This document shows positions 38,061 to 48,043 of a DNA stretch of 64,000 bases, piece by piece. The notes under the pieces were generated by a model that searched no databases, was not told the DNA's origin, and was given only the letters and a program-made list of their open reading frames with translations. This DNA comes from an uncultured bacterium. Its GTDB lineage: Bacteria; Latescibacterota; MWCZ01. Within the stretch, counting starts at the first letter, position 1. Each line of letters opens with the position of its first letter. A program made the translations under genes and the position numbers. The stretch is taken from contig CAZEAI010000002.1 in NCBI GenBank assembly GCA_964510105.1, positions 90,150 through 154,149 on the forward strand, in the 5' to 3' direction.

Positions 38061-38252
38061 ATGCCGCTCATCCCGTTCAGTACCGCCCCACAGCATCGAG
38101 AATCGCCTGTTGGAGTGCGCTCAGCCTCGTCCGGCGCGGCGCGGGGACTCGCTCACGCTCACGCCACACAGTATCTTAAGATATTCGGTGGACCGGCGTC
38201 GCACCACCGCCGAATGCGCGGCGTACGCAGTCCGCCCCTGTCAGGAGGTCAC

Positions 38253-39587
38253 GTGAACTACGGCAAAGACACCTACTTCGAGCCGGCGGACGCGTTTGCT
38301 CCCGAACGCGCGGTGATCTTCGGAGTTCAGCTCGGCGGGCAGGACGAACGCGGGGCCCGCGAGTCCATGAACGAACTCGCCGCCCTCGCCGGGGCTGCCG
38401 GGGCCGACGTCGTGGGAGATCATCACCTTCAGAAACGCCATGCGCCGGACCCGACATACTATATCGGTAGCGGCAAGGTCGAAGATATCGCCGCCGACGT
38501 GAAAGAACATGAAGCGGATCTCGTCATCTTCGACGACGATCTCTCGCCCGGCCAGGCGCGAAATATCGAAAAGAAGACCGGCGTTCGAGCGCTTGACCGC
38601 AGTGGGCTCATCCTCGATATCTTCGCCGATCGCGCCCGGACTCGCGAGTCGCGGCTCCAGGTGGAACTCGCGCAGCTCGAATATCTCCTGCCGAGACTGA
38701 CGCGTGCCTGGACGCACCTGGAGCGTCAGGCCGGCGCGGGTGGCGCTGGTGCCGGCGGTGGTGGTGGAGGCGGCGGAGGCAAGAGTCCGATTGGACTGCG
38801 CGGACCGGGAGAAACGCAGCTCGAAACCGACCGCAGGCTCATCAGCGTCAGAATCGCTCACCTGAAGCGTCAGCTCGAGCACGTCGAACGTGTCCGCGCC
38901 ACACAGAGAGCGCGTCGCACGGACGTGTGGCGGATCGCCCTCGTCGGATACACAAACGCGGGCAAGTCCACGCTCATGCGCGCCATCACGGGAGCGGACG
39001 TATTCGTCGAAGACCAGCTCTTCGCCACACTCGACGCAACGACGCGGGCGTTCGACCTGGCTCAGAACAAGCAGGTCGTGTTGACGGACACCGTCGGCTT
39101 CATCCGAAAGCTGCCGCACGATCTCGTCGCTTCGTTCCGTAGCACGCTCTCCGAGGCGAACGAAGCCGAAATCGTGCTTCACGTCGTCGATGCGAGCCAC
39201 CCGAACGCGGCGGAGCATATTTCCGTCGTGCGGGAGGTGCTTGAGGAACTCGACATCGAGCCGCCGCACACGATACTCGTGATGAACAAGATGGATCGAG
39301 TCGACGACGAGAACATCGCCGCGGTGCTGTCGGACGGAGAACCTTACGTAGCGCTAAGCTCGACGACGGGCGCCGGCATCGATCGGCTGCGCGAGGAGCT
39401 TGCGGCGTGCATCGAAGTCGACATGGTCGAGATGGAGCTGCGCGTGCCACAGTCGAACGGCAAGCTCATCTCGGAGATACACGAAAAGGGCGAAGTGCTT
39501 GAGCGAACGTACGTCGCCAACGATGTCATCCTGCGCACGCGGTTGCGGCGTGAGGACGCAGGGGTGATAGCAGGTCACGTCGGATAG
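38253..39587 (+). CDS. hflX: GTPase HflX
   Basis: HflX N-terminal domain (LDIFADRARTRESRLQVELAQLEYLLPRL), then G-domain GYTNAGKSTL / DTVGFI / NKMD. Start set at GTG 38253, behind AGGAGG. The 188 upstream codons of the track ORF are not HflX-like. Confidence 0.9.
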   Translation: MNYGKDTYFEPADAFAPERAVIFGVQLGGQDERGARESMNELAALAGAAGADVVGDHHLQKRHAPDPTYYIGSGKVEDIAADVKEHEADLVIFDDDLSPGQARNIEKKTGVRALDRSGLILDIFADRARTRESRLQVELAQLEYLLPRLTRAWTHLERQAGAGGAGAGGGGGGGGGKSPIGLRGPGETQLETDRRLISVRIAHLKRQLEHVERVRATQRARRTDVWRIALVGYTNAGKSTLMRAITGADVFVEDQLFATLDATTRAFDLAQNKQVVLTDTVGFIRKLPHDLVASFRSTLSEANEAEIVLHVVDASHPNAAEHISVVREVLEELDIEPPHTILVMNKMDRVDDENIAAVLSDGEPYVALSSTTGAGIDRLREELAACIEVDMVEMELRVPQSNGKLISEIHEKGEVLERTYVANDVILRTRLRREDAGVIAGHVG

Positions 39588-39633
39588 CTGGACATACACC
39601 ACGGGCTCGACTCGGGATAGCGGGAATCGATAC

Positions 39634-40014
39634 ATGCGCTCCACGCTCATCGTCAAGACTGTCGCGGAATACGATCTGCTGGAGGGGAATACCCCAACCG
39701 CGTCGATCGAGTCCTACTTCGCGAAGCCGCTCGCGACGTGGGACCCTTCCAGCCTAGAACCAGGCGAGGCGGAATCCATCCAGCGCGCGTTCGTCAGAAA
39801 CGCCGCGACGGAAACCATCGAGATCGACCGCGAGGAGCACGTCGTCTGGGTGACCTATCTCGTGTCCGTCGACATGGACTACGCGCCGCAGTCGCTGGAC
39901 TATTTCGGCGCATCGCTCGAGAGCGTTCTGCAGAACGGCTGTCACGTAACGTTCCCACTCGACGAGCGAGTCGTCGAGCTGGTGGGCGATGACACTGCCG
40001 TTCGGCTCACCTGA
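39634..40014 (+). CDS. Hypothetical protein (126 aa)
   Basis: Acidic, balanced composition. Sits between hflX and the murU-like gene on the same strand. No domain recognised. Confidence 0.5.
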   Translation: MRSTLIVKTVAEYDLLEGNTPTASIESYFAKPLATWDPSSLEPGEAESIQRAFVRNAATETIEIDREEHVVWVTYLVSVDMDYAPQSLDYFGASLESVLQNGCHVTFPLDERVVELVGDDTAVRLT

Positions 40015-40047
40015 AGCGCCTCTCGACGGTAGGAGGCTGACGAAATC

Positions 40048-40806
40048 ATGCGCGCCATGATACTCGCCGCCGGCCTGGGCACCCGCATGGGCGATCTCGG
40101 CGAACGACTTCCCAAAGCTTTGCTCCCCGTCGCGGGACATCCGCTGATCGCGTATCCCCTGGGCCTGCTGAAGTCGGCGGGGATCACCGACGTGGTCGTA
40201 AACATCCACCACCACGCCAACGCCATGGTAGAGCATCTCGCCGCCACTGAGCGTCTCGGAATGTCGGTGACGCTATCGCACGAAGAGGTGCTGCTCGAAA
40301 CCGGTGGGGGCATCGCGAGCGCGTCGCAGTTCCTCGCCGACGACACGTTCGTCGTGCTGAACGCCGACACCGTCTGCGACGTCGACCTCACGGACGCGAT
40401 TCAAGAGCACGCCGAGTACGGTCCTATCGCGACGATGGTGCTGCGGGATAATCCCGACATCGACGCGTTCCCGCCCGTGGCGTGGGACCCGCGGAGCAAG
40501 CGGGTTAGGGACATCCGTGGAGCCCTTGGCACAGGGGCCCGAACCGACGTCGCCACGATGTTCACGGGTATCCACGTGATGGAACCCGACGTCTTCGGCT
40601 ACCTCACTCAGGTCCGCGAATCGGTCATCGACGGCTTCTACCTGCCCGCCCTTCGCGAGGGACGACACATCCACGGACGCCTCTGCGACGGCTTCTGGGC
40701 GGATGTCGGTGCGCCGGAGCGCTACGTCGCCGTGCGCGAGACATTCGACCCGGCCCGTCTGCGACACTTCCAGCCACTCGACATACCGGCGATGGCTCTT
40801 CCATGA
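40048..40806 (+). CDS. Sugar-1-phosphate nucleotidyltransferase, MurU-like (N-acetylmuramate-1-P uridylyltransferase candidate)
   Basis: MRAMILAAGLGTRMG...LPKALLPVAGHPLI is the GxGTR nucleotidyltransferase motif. 252 aa with no C-terminal LbH domain. AGGAGG RBS. Coupled by ATGA to an AmgK-like kinase gene. Confidence 0.7.
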   Translation: MRAMILAAGLGTRMGDLGERLPKALLPVAGHPLIAYPLGLLKSAGITDVVVNIHHHANAMVEHLAATERLGMSVTLSHEEVLLETGGGIASASQFLADDTFVVLNADTVCDVDLTDAIQEHAEYGPIATMVLRDNPDIDAFPPVAWDPRSKRVRDIRGALGTGARTDVATMFTGIHVMEPDVFGYLTQVRESVIDGFYLPALREGRHIHGRLCDGFWADVGAPERYVAVRETFDPARLRHFQPLDIPAMALP

Positions 40807-41849
40807 CCGACCCGACACCGGCTGCCTACGACACACGAATCGCAGGCCTGATCGCCGGCGCCGTGGGAAGCTACGTGTTCGACGTGCAGCAACTCTCCGG
40901 AGGCGCGTCGGACCGATGGTACTGCCGTCTCACCGGCGAACTCGCCCGGCATTTCGAGCAGAGCAGCATCATCGCCGCGGGCGTCGATCCCGACATGTGG
41001 GACATGATGTCGAGTTTCGTCGCGAATGGCGAGTCGCTTGCCGCTCACGGCATCCCCGTCCCCGAAGTGTATGAGTGCTTTCCGGAATCCGGCCTCGTCC
41101 TTATGGAGGACTTCGGCGACGTATGCATCACGGATCGGATTGCGGAGCGTCCTGATGAACGTGGAAAACTGCTCGACGCCGCGACGCGACTCCTTGCGGA
41201 GGTCCACTCGATTCCGCCGGGAGACCCCGCGACGTGCCCCGCGTTCGAGCTGCAATTCGACGAATCGAAGTGGCAGTTCGAGTTCGGCTTTCACGTCGAT
41301 ACGTGGCTGATCGGCCATCATTGCGCGACGGACCCCACCGACGCCGAGCGCGACGTTCTCGATGCCGCGTTCGCATGGATCAGCGAGACGCTTTCCGCGC
41401 CGCCACGCGTCTTCACTCACCGCGACTACCAGAGCAGCAATCTCATGGTGCGCGCCGACGGGACTCTCGGACTGATCGACTTCCAGGACGCGCGCCAGGG
41501 CCTCCGCCAGTATGATCTGGCGTCGATGCTCTACGACTCGTACCTCCCGATGAACGATGTCGAACGAAAGACCCTCCTGGACCGATATCTCTCCCTGGCC
41601 GGAGTCGAAGCGGCCAGCAGAGCGTTCCGGCACGGGCTGGGCGTCGCCGCGATCCAGCGGAAGCTCCATGACGCAGGCGCGTTCATCTACACGGCGTCGC
41701 ACCGCGGCAAGGAGGAGTTCCTGCAGTACGTACCGAGCGCCGTTTCCGTCGCCACGATGCTGATGGCCGGCGTCGCCGAGTGCCGCGAGGCGGGACGACT
41801 CATCGAGGGCTATCTGCTCAGCGCCGGCCAACGGGACCCATCGGCGTGA
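40803..41849 (+). CDS. Aminoglycoside-phosphotransferase-fold kinase, AmgK-like (anomeric MurNAc/GlcNAc kinase candidate)
   Basis: 348 aa. Catalytic loop HRDYQSSNLMV and LIDFQDA (the DFG equivalent), as I remember for the AmgK family. Adjacent to the MurU-like gene. Confidence 0.65.
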   Translation: MTDPTPAAYDTRIAGLIAGAVGSYVFDVQQLSGGASDRWYCRLTGELARHFEQSSIIAAGVDPDMWDMMSSFVANGESLAAHGIPVPEVYECFPESGLVLMEDFGDVCITDRIAERPDERGKLLDAATRLLAEVHSIPPGDPATCPAFELQFDESKWQFEFGFHVDTWLIGHHCATDPTDAERDVLDAAFAWISETLSAPPRVFTHRDYQSSNLMVRADGTLGLIDFQDARQGLRQYDLASMLYDSYLPMNDVERKTLLDRYLSLAGVEAASRAFRHGLGVAAIQRKLHDAGAFIYTASHRGKEEFLQYVPSAVSVATMLMAGVAECREAGRLIEGYLLSAGQRDPSA

Positions 41850-42595
41850 TCCGGTGGGTGTTCTGGGATATCGGCGACACCCTCCTGAACGAGGATCCAC
41901 TTCGCTGCCGGATATGGGAGCGACTCCACGACGAACTGCTGCGCTCAGGGAGCGGGCTCGCCTTCACCGAACTGATGGCGTGGCGCGAGCGACTCGCGTC
42001 GCACGACGACCCCAGCCCGCACTACACGGTCGCGCGCGACCGGCTGCCGCCGGATGTATTCGCGCGGTGGGAGCAGTGGGCGCGAGCGTTCCCCCGTAGC
42101 GACGGGCAGCAGCTTGTCGAACCCATCGTCGGGGCGCTGGATGCCCTTACCGCGGTGAAGCCGCATGTACAGCTCGGAATCATCGCGGATCAGCCATCCG
42201 CCGCGCTGGATACGCTTGAGCGGCTCGATATGCGGTCGCCGTTCGAAGAGATCGTGCTGAGCGAATCGGTGGGCGTGAACAAGCCCGACCCGGAGTTGTA
42301 CCGCATCGCGGCCCGGCGTGCGAAGTGCGATCCGACGGAGTGCGTCATGGTCGGCAACCGTCTCGACACCGACTGCGCGCCGGCGCACCGGGTCGGGATG
42401 CGCTGCGTCTTCTGCTATCTTCCAGCCGACGCAAAGGGTTGGCGACCGTCGACGGACCGGGAGCGCGTCTACGTCGAATCGTTGACGCGGATACCGAACT
42501 GGCGATCCCTCCCCCGAGACAGCGACGAGACGCCCGACGCGACGGTGAACAGCCTGGCTGAGATCGGTGCGACGATATCTCGCTGGTCCGAATAG
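41846..42595 (+). CDS. HAD-superfamily hydrolase
   Basis: Motif I VFWDIGDTLL (D-x-G-D-T variant) and motif IV-like MVGNRLDTD. GTG 41846 overlaps the kinase stop (GTGA). Confidence 0.7.
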   Translation: MIRWVFWDIGDTLLNEDPLRCRIWERLHDELLRSGSGLAFTELMAWRERLASHDDPSPHYTVARDRLPPDVFARWEQWARAFPRSDGQQLVEPIVGALDALTAVKPHVQLGIIADQPSAALDTLERLDMRSPFEEIVLSESVGVNKPDPELYRIAARRAKCDPTECVMVGNRLDTDCAPAHRVGMRCVFCYLPADAKGWRPSTDRERVYVESLTRIPNWRSLPRDSDETPDATVNSLAEIGATISRWSE

Positions 42596-42621
42596 GCGCG
42601 ACCATCACACACCGGAGATGG

Positions 42622-43308
42622 ATGATGGCACGAACGAGTCGCAGCGAGTTCCTCGCCGCGGTACGGGAAGCGACGCGACACGCGATTCCGCCACGCTCGC
42701 ACGACACGGAACCCGTTCCGGACGAACCGGGACGGATGCCTGAACCCGGCGATCTCACCGGGAAGTTCGTCGAACGCGCGGAAATCGCCGGCGCAAGCGT
42801 CCACCGGGTAGGATCGAGCCAGGAGATCGCGCCAACCATCGCAAGCATCCTGCGCGAAGCCGGTCTCTCATCGGCGCTGTTCGCCACCGCGCCGCTTCTC
42901 GACGACGCGAGCGTGGCGACGCAGCTCTCGAACGAGTTCACCGTCAGCCAGTGGACCCCGAACGCCCCCGAGGGTGAGACTCGCGATGCAGCGTTTGCCA
43001 TGGAGTGCGGTGTCACCGGCGTAGACTACGCCGTCGCGGAGACAGGTTCGCTCGTGATCTGCGCCGCGCCGGAACAGGGACGATCCGTCAGCCTGCTCGG
43101 GCGGCTCCACGTCGCTGTGGTCGACAGCAGCCAGATCATCCCCGATCTCTACGACCTTGCACCGCGCCTTGAATCGGATTTTCCGGACGGCATGCCGTCC
43201 AACGTGAACGTCATCACCGGACCGTCCAAGACCGCCGACATCGAGCTGAATCTCGTCATAGGTGTCCACGGCCCGGGACAGGTCCACATCATCCTCGTGG
43301 GCTCATGA
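42622..43308 (+). CDS. LUD-domain protein (LutC/YkgG family)
   Basis: 228 aa. VTGVDYAVAETGSLVI and NVITGPSKTADIE are typical LUD-domain segments. Confidence 0.75.
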   Translation: MMARTSRSEFLAAVREATRHAIPPRSHDTEPVPDEPGRMPEPGDLTGKFVERAEIAGASVHRVGSSQEIAPTIASILREAGLSSALFATAPLLDDASVATQLSNEFTVSQWTPNAPEGETRDAAFAMECGVTGVDYAVAETGSLVICAAPEQGRSVSLLGRLHVAVVDSSQIIPDLYDLAPRLESDFPDGMPSNVNVITGPSKTADIELNLVIGVHGPGQVHIILVGS

Positions 43309-44729
43309 TGTCCGACTTGCCGCCACAATCGAGATCGTCACCGCCGGATGGCGCCGTCGCCCCGCCGGACCCGCTCCTTGGATCGGTGAGACTGGTGCGC
43401 CCCCGCTCGGCGATTCACGCCACCCCGCACGTTGTTGAGATCATGAGGCGGCTGGAAGACCCCGACTGCTGGGCCGTGCCCGCGTTCGACCGGTACATTC
43501 GCGAACACCCGCGCCTCGGAAGCAGCGACCGCGCCATCATCGGCGACCTTGTATTCGCACTCGCCCGCTGGCGGCGGCGCCTCGGCAGCGCGTTCAACAC
43601 GTCCGCCGCCGTTGAGGCCCCCTCGCACCGCATGGCGTTCCTGATCGCCGGGCTGCTCACACTTGCGGGCTACGCTCCTGAAACTGTGCAGGCGGCCCTC
43701 GCGCGTATCGACGACGCAACGATCGATCCCGACCTGATCGCACGCGTCGCTCGCGCGATCACGGGTCTCGATCCAATGCATGCCCGCTCCACGCCGGAAC
43801 TCGCCGTCACTGGTTCGCTGCCGTCGTGGATCGCCGCTCGCCTCTCTTCGCAGTACGGATTCAGGCGATCGCGCAGCATCGTCGTGGCGAGTCGTCGTCG
43901 CGCGCCGGTAACGATCCGTGTGAACTCGCTCGCCGCGTCGCGAGAGGAGGTCGCGAGCCGGTTGGCGGAAGATGGCATCCTTTCTGAGCCGACAACGCTC
44001 AGCCCATTGGGGCTGGTCTTGCCCGACCGGAACGATGTCCGAAACCACGGGCTTATGCGTAGCGGAACGATCGAGATACAGGACGAAGGGAGCCAGCTCA
44101 TCGTCCTGCTGGCGGGCGCCCGACCGGGCATGCGAATCGTCGACGCGTGCGCCGGTGCGGGCGGAAAGACGCTCGGAATGGCGGCCGACATGGACGGCGA
44201 CGGTGAAATACTCGCGCTCGATACGGACACGGCCCGGCTCGACGAACTGAGCAAGCGCTCCCGCCGAGCAGGCATCGATATCATTCGCACCGCCAAGGCA
44301 ACCTCGGGGTGGGGTCTGCGTGAGTGGGAGTCGACGGCGGATATCGTCCTCATCGACGCGCCGTGCTCGGGAAGTGGAACGTGGCGCCGCGTACCCGACG
44401 GCCCGGAGCACCTGACGCCGGACGGTCTGCGTCGCCACGCGGAGGTGCAGACGGCTCTGCTCGACCGCTATGCATGGCTCGTCCGCCCCGGAGGCACGCT
44501 CGTCTACGCAACGTGCAGCATTCTGCGCGAGGAATGCGAAGAGGTAGTCGAACCGTGGCTGGTCGGGCGCGACGACTTCAGCCTGCTTCCCATCCACGAG
44601 TGCGACGTGCCGGATACGGTCGCCCGGCAGGTATCACGCGGACCCTACCTCGCCACCGCGCCGGACATTCAGCGAGCGGATGGCTTCTTCGCCGCGCGCA
44701 TGGTGCGGCACACGGAGACGACGGGATGA
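43305..44729 (+). CDS. RsmB/NOL1/NOP2/Sun-family RNA (cytosine-C5) methyltransferase
   Basis: SAM motif IVDACAGAGGKTL, catalytic motifs VLIDAPCSGSGTWRR and LVYATCSI. 474 aa. Confidence 0.85.
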   Translation: MMSDLPPQSRSSPPDGAVAPPDPLLGSVRLVRPRSAIHATPHVVEIMRRLEDPDCWAVPAFDRYIREHPRLGSSDRAIIGDLVFALARWRRRLGSAFNTSAAVEAPSHRMAFLIAGLLTLAGYAPETVQAALARIDDATIDPDLIARVARAITGLDPMHARSTPELAVTGSLPSWIAARLSSQYGFRRSRSIVVASRRRAPVTIRVNSLAASREEVASRLAEDGILSEPTTLSPLGLVLPDRNDVRNHGLMRSGTIEIQDEGSQLIVLLAGARPGMRIVDACAGAGGKTLGMAADMDGDGEILALDTDTARLDELSKRSRRAGIDIIRTAKATSGWGLREWESTADIVLIDAPCSGSGTWRRVPDGPEHLTPDGLRRHAEVQTALLDRYAWLVRPGGTLVYATCSILREECEEVVEPWLVGRDDFSLLPIHECDVPDTVARQVSRGPYLATAPDIQRADGFFAARMVRHTETTG

Positions 44730-45343
44730 GTTCGGTCTCGCCGCCCGAAAAGTACCCGCCTCATCTTCCCCTGCGGCGTGAAACCGGCCGGAAGCTGTTT
44801 CACCTCGTCGGGCTCGTGCTGCCGATCGGCTACGTGGTCCTCGGCGCGGAGCTGGCGAGACTTCTCATCCTCATCGCAGTGGCGATCGTGCTCGGCGCGG
44901 ACGTGGCGCGTCTCTTCTGGACGCCGGCCCGTCGCGTTTACGCGCGATGGTTCGCGCCAATCAGCCGCGCGAGCGAGGAGAGACGGCTCACCGGCGCGAG
45001 CATGTTCATTCTCGGACAGGCCGCTGCGGCCCTCATCTTCCCGGAGGCGGTTGCACCTGTCGCCATGGCGTTCGGCGTGGTAGGCGACACGGCCGCCGCA
45101 GTCGCCGGCAAGGCGTTCGGTGGGCGCGAATGGCGTCCGGGGAAGACCGTATCGGGGAGCTTGGGATGTCTTGCGGCATCGTTCGTGGTTGGGCTGTGCC
45201 TCGCTAACACCGCACCGCTCGTCGTGGCCACCGGCGCAATAGCGGCGACGCTGGCGGAAGGGCTCGCCCGGCGCGTGAACGACAACCTCCTGATCCCGAT
45301 CTGCGGCGGAGGGGTGATGTGGGCGTTGGTCGGCTTGGCATGA
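44726..45343 (+). CDS. Polyprenol/dolichol-kinase-like membrane protein (CTP-dependent kinase / CDS family)
   Basis: 205 aa and multi-pass. VVGDTAAAVAGKAFGG...GKTVSGSLG is the family motif. ATGA overlap with the rsmB-like stop. The upstream part of track ORF 44324-45343 is rejected. Confidence 0.7.
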   Translation: MSSVSPPEKYPPHLPLRRETGRKLFHLVGLVLPIGYVVLGAELARLLILIAVAIVLGADVARLFWTPARRVYARWFAPISRASEERRLTGASMFILGQAAAALIFPEAVAPVAMAFGVVGDTAAAVAGKAFGGREWRPGKTVSGSLGCLAASFVVGLCLANTAPLVVATGAIAATLAEGLARRVNDNLLIPICGGGVMWALVGLA

Positions 45344-45411
45344 CACGATCACGCGCGTAGCTTCAGCGCCGCGCGCCAGTATTGCACTGCGGCTTCGCAC
45401 CGGAATGGCCC

Positions 45412-46299
45412 ATGAATCTCGGCATCATATCCCGCGGACCCCTGCTGTACAGCACACGACGGCTCGTCGAGTCGGCAGCAGCCCTTGGCCACGCCGCGAG
45501 TGTCGTGGACCCCATGGCGAGCATACTCCGCGTGAGCAACGGGACCTCCACGGTTGTGCATCGCGGCGAATCGCTCCCACCGTTCGACGCCGTCATACCG
45601 CGCATCGGACCGTCGGCCACGTCGCACGGGCTGGCACTCATCCGGCAGCTTGAACTTACCGGCGCGTACTGCGTCAACGGCTCCGACGCCGTTGCCCGTG
45701 GACGCGACAAGCTGCGATGCCTCCAGGCTCTCAGCGCCGAGGGGCTCCCGGTGCCGCGAACCGCCTTCGCGTCACGATCCGCCAACGTCGAAGAGCTGAT
45801 TGAACTCGTCGGCGGACCACCCGTCGTCATCAAGCTTCTGAACAGCTCGCAAGGCATCGGGGTCATGCTGGCGGAGACGGCGCAGATCGCGCACTCCGTC
45901 CTCGAGTCGTTCCTCTGCCTCGGGCAGAGCGTGCTCGTGCAGGAGTTCGTGCGCGAAGCCAACGGGCGGGACCTCCGCGCCCTGGTCGTCGGCGACGAGG
46001 TCGTAGCGGCCATTCGACGACAGGCCGCCGACGGAGACTTCCGCGCCAATATCCACCGTGGAGGAACGTCCGAGCCGCTGAAGCTCGATCGCGACCTCAG
46101 GAGCGTCGCTCGACAAGCCGCGCGCACCATCGGCCTGGATGTTGCGGGTGTCGACATGATAGAGAGCCACTCCGGGCCGCTGATTCTTGAGCTGAACGTC
46201 TCACCCGGCCTCGAGGGGGTAGAGACCGTCACCGGGGTAGACGTTGCGTCCCGTATCACCGACCTTGCCACCGAGCGCGCCCACCGCGCAGCGCGCTGA
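45412..46299 (+). CDS. rimK: RimK-family alpha-L-glutamate ligase (ATP-grasp)
   Basis: MNLGIISRGPLLYSTRRL..., PVVIKLLNSSQGIGV, DLRALVVGDEVVAA, AGVDMIES...LILELNVSPGLEG. Start at ATG 45412. Confidence 0.85.
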   Translation: MNLGIISRGPLLYSTRRLVESAAALGHAASVVDPMASILRVSNGTSTVVHRGESLPPFDAVIPRIGPSATSHGLALIRQLELTGAYCVNGSDAVARGRDKLRCLQALSAEGLPVPRTAFASRSANVEELIELVGGPPVVIKLLNSSQGIGVMLAETAQIAHSVLESFLCLGQSVLVQEFVREANGRDLRALVVGDEVVAAIRRQAADGDFRANIHRGGTSEPLKLDRDLRSVARQAARTIGLDVAGVDMIESHSGPLILELNVSPGLEGVETVTGVDVASRITDLATERAHRAAR

Positions 46300-46318
46300 C
46301 ACATCACGGAGATACGCC

Positions 46319-48016
46319 ATGGCAACCCCCCGTTTCCCTCTCGCAGCGGACCCCGCACCGGGCCGCGTCTCGAACATACTCTACGCGACTCCGCCGTTCG
46401 GGTATGTCGCGGAAACCGCCGACGAGTGGGCGGCGAAAGGGTTCTCCGGCTTCATCAGACCCGACGTGATGCAGGGCTGGGATGCGGATGTGTGGGAGCT
46501 TGAGGACGGCACACGGATCGTCGGCGAGGACAACCCGCGATTCAGAGCCGTTCAGTACATGATCGACCGGCTCCGCGCGGCGGGTGTTGCCGAGAACGTC
46601 ATGTCCGTGGCGTTCTCGCGACACGTCCCGGACTGGTTCGACGACGAGGGATGGGCTCAGTTGCTCGAGAACCTCCGGCAGGGCGCCGTGTTCGCCCGAC
46701 TGGCTGGATTCATCGGCGTGGCGCTGGACGACGAGTATGTCGAGGAGCAGTGGGGTCTGGGCTGGGAGCCCTATCGCACAGCAGGACTCGATCGCGACGC
46801 GCTTGTGGCACAAGCTCGTACGCGCGGACGACAGATTCAGCGAGCGATGCTGGACGAGTTCCCCGAGATGGTGTCCTTCCACCTCCCGGAGGCGTGGTCC
46901 ATCCACGGCGAACTCTCGCGACAGATGTTTCTCGGGTTCCTGGACGTGATCGCCGAAGCCGACGCGCCGGGTGGCCTTCACCTCATGACCGAGACGACCT
47001 ACTTCATGCGGGATGCCGACTGGATCGCGCGATACGGCTACGGTATGGATCGCACGCTGCTCGATGAGCTGGCACCCGATGTCGCGGACTACTGGGCGCG
47101 GCGCTGTGGGATATCTGTCGGCCTCTCCCCGCTGGGGTATCTCCGTTTCGTGCGAGACGAGCACGGCCGACGACTCGGTTACGGCGGCCGGCCCGAGGTG
47201 TTCGGCAACCGTATACTCAAGGCCGGTGAGGACAAGAGCGGCAACTACTCCGCCGAGACGTTCGCCGAGACGCACGCAGCGGCGCGCATGGTGAGCCGCC
47301 GATACGTATGGGTATTCTCCGGCGGACCCGTCTGGTGGCAGATGACCGACGAACAGTTGGAACGCTACGGTGGCAGCGACGTCGCCACGCTGCCGCTCAC
47401 GCCGGAATTCGACGACTATGCCGAAACGCTTCGCTCGCCGAAGATCATCGACCGTCCCGACACGTCCCGCCTGATGGACGCCGTGGCGGACAGGACTCCA
47501 ACCGACGCGCTTGCCGGGCTCGGCATACCGCCTGCCTGGTGGATGATCGGCCCGTTCACGAACGAAGACGGCATCGGATACGACCGGGAATTCGGCCCCG
47601 AGCACGGCATCGAGATCGACGCGGAGATTGCGGGCCTGCTCGGACCGGCACAGTGGCGGTACGTCCGGACGCCGCCCTCCGGCTACGCGGACATGAGCCG
47701 CCTCGTGGAAGGCGGTGTCGACATATGCGGATACGCCGCCACATGGATCGATCTCGATGTTGAGACCGACGCCGTAATCCGATTCGGCAGCGACGATGCG
47801 GGCCGCATCTGGATCAACGGGGAGCATGTACACGGCGTCAACGAGGAGCGCATCAACATCCCGGACGAGGACATCGTGCCGGTTCGGCTGCCGGCGGGCA
47901 GATCCGAGGTCCTGCTGAAGATTGTGAACTACCACGGCGGCTGGGGCTTCTACTTCCGCGTGACCGATGCCGCCGGCGACGAGCTACCGGGCCTCACGTA
48001 TCCCATCTCCGGCTGA
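46319..48016 (+). CDS. Hypothetical protein (565 aa) with C-terminal beta-sandwich-like module
   Basis: Balanced composition. ATG 46319 lies behind GGAGA. The last ~150 aa (WMIGPFTNEDG...AVIRFGSDDAGRIWINGEHV...LLKIVNYHGGWGFYFRVTD) look like a carbohydrate-binding or PA14-type jelly roll. No confident family. Confidence 0.65.
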   Translation: MATPRFPLAADPAPGRVSNILYATPPFGYVAETADEWAAKGFSGFIRPDVMQGWDADVWELEDGTRIVGEDNPRFRAVQYMIDRLRAAGVAENVMSVAFSRHVPDWFDDEGWAQLLENLRQGAVFARLAGFIGVALDDEYVEEQWGLGWEPYRTAGLDRDALVAQARTRGRQIQRAMLDEFPEMVSFHLPEAWSIHGELSRQMFLGFLDVIAEADAPGGLHLMTETTYFMRDADWIARYGYGMDRTLLDELAPDVADYWARRCGISVGLSPLGYLRFVRDEHGRRLGYGGRPEVFGNRILKAGEDKSGNYSAETFAETHAAARMVSRRYVWVFSGGPVWWQMTDEQLERYGGSDVATLPLTPEFDDYAETLRSPKIIDRPDTSRLMDAVADRTPTDALAGLGIPPAWWMIGPFTNEDGIGYDREFGPEHGIEIDAEIAGLLGPAQWRYVRTPPSGYADMSRLVEGGVDICGYAATWIDLDVETDAVIRFGSDDAGRIWINGEHVHGVNEERINIPDEDIVPVRLPAGRSEVLLKIVNYHGGWGFYFRVTDAAGDELPGLTYPISG

Positions 48017-48043
48017 ACGACACCGCACACAAGGAGCGGCTGT

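Noticed and set aside
37689-38252. 188 extra N-terminal codons on the hflX track ORF. Also the antisense ORF 38241-39269.
   Set aside because: No HflX similarity appears before VNYGKDTYFEP. GTG 38253 has an AGGAGG RBS. The upstream part overlaps a plausible minus-strand membrane-protein gene.
38737-38790. Gly/Ala-rich run in HflX (AGAGGAGAGGGGGGGGKSPIG), encoded by a GGN-rich tract.
   Set aside because: HflX normally has a short G-rich linker here (GGGIGxRGPGE). This looks like a modest low-complexity expansion in a high-GC genome, in frame and within a loop. It is not evidence of a separate feature.
40722-41900. 392-aa minus-strand ORF opposite the amgK-like gene.
   Set aside because: The plus-strand ORF carries the HRDxxxxN / DFQD kinase motifs and is translationally coupled to both neighbours. 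The antisense product has no motifs.
43338-44597. 419-aa minus-strand ORF opposite the RsmB-like gene.
   Set aside because: The plus strand encodes complete SAM-MTase motifs. The antisense translation is Arg-rich shadow.
46304-47935. 543-aa minus-strand ORF opposite the 565-aa hypothetical gene.
   Set aside because: Neither strand has a recognised domain. The minus-strand product is strongly Arg/Val/His-biased. The plus-strand ORF has an RBS, sits in a co-directional gene string and has normal composition. This is the least certain of the strand choices.
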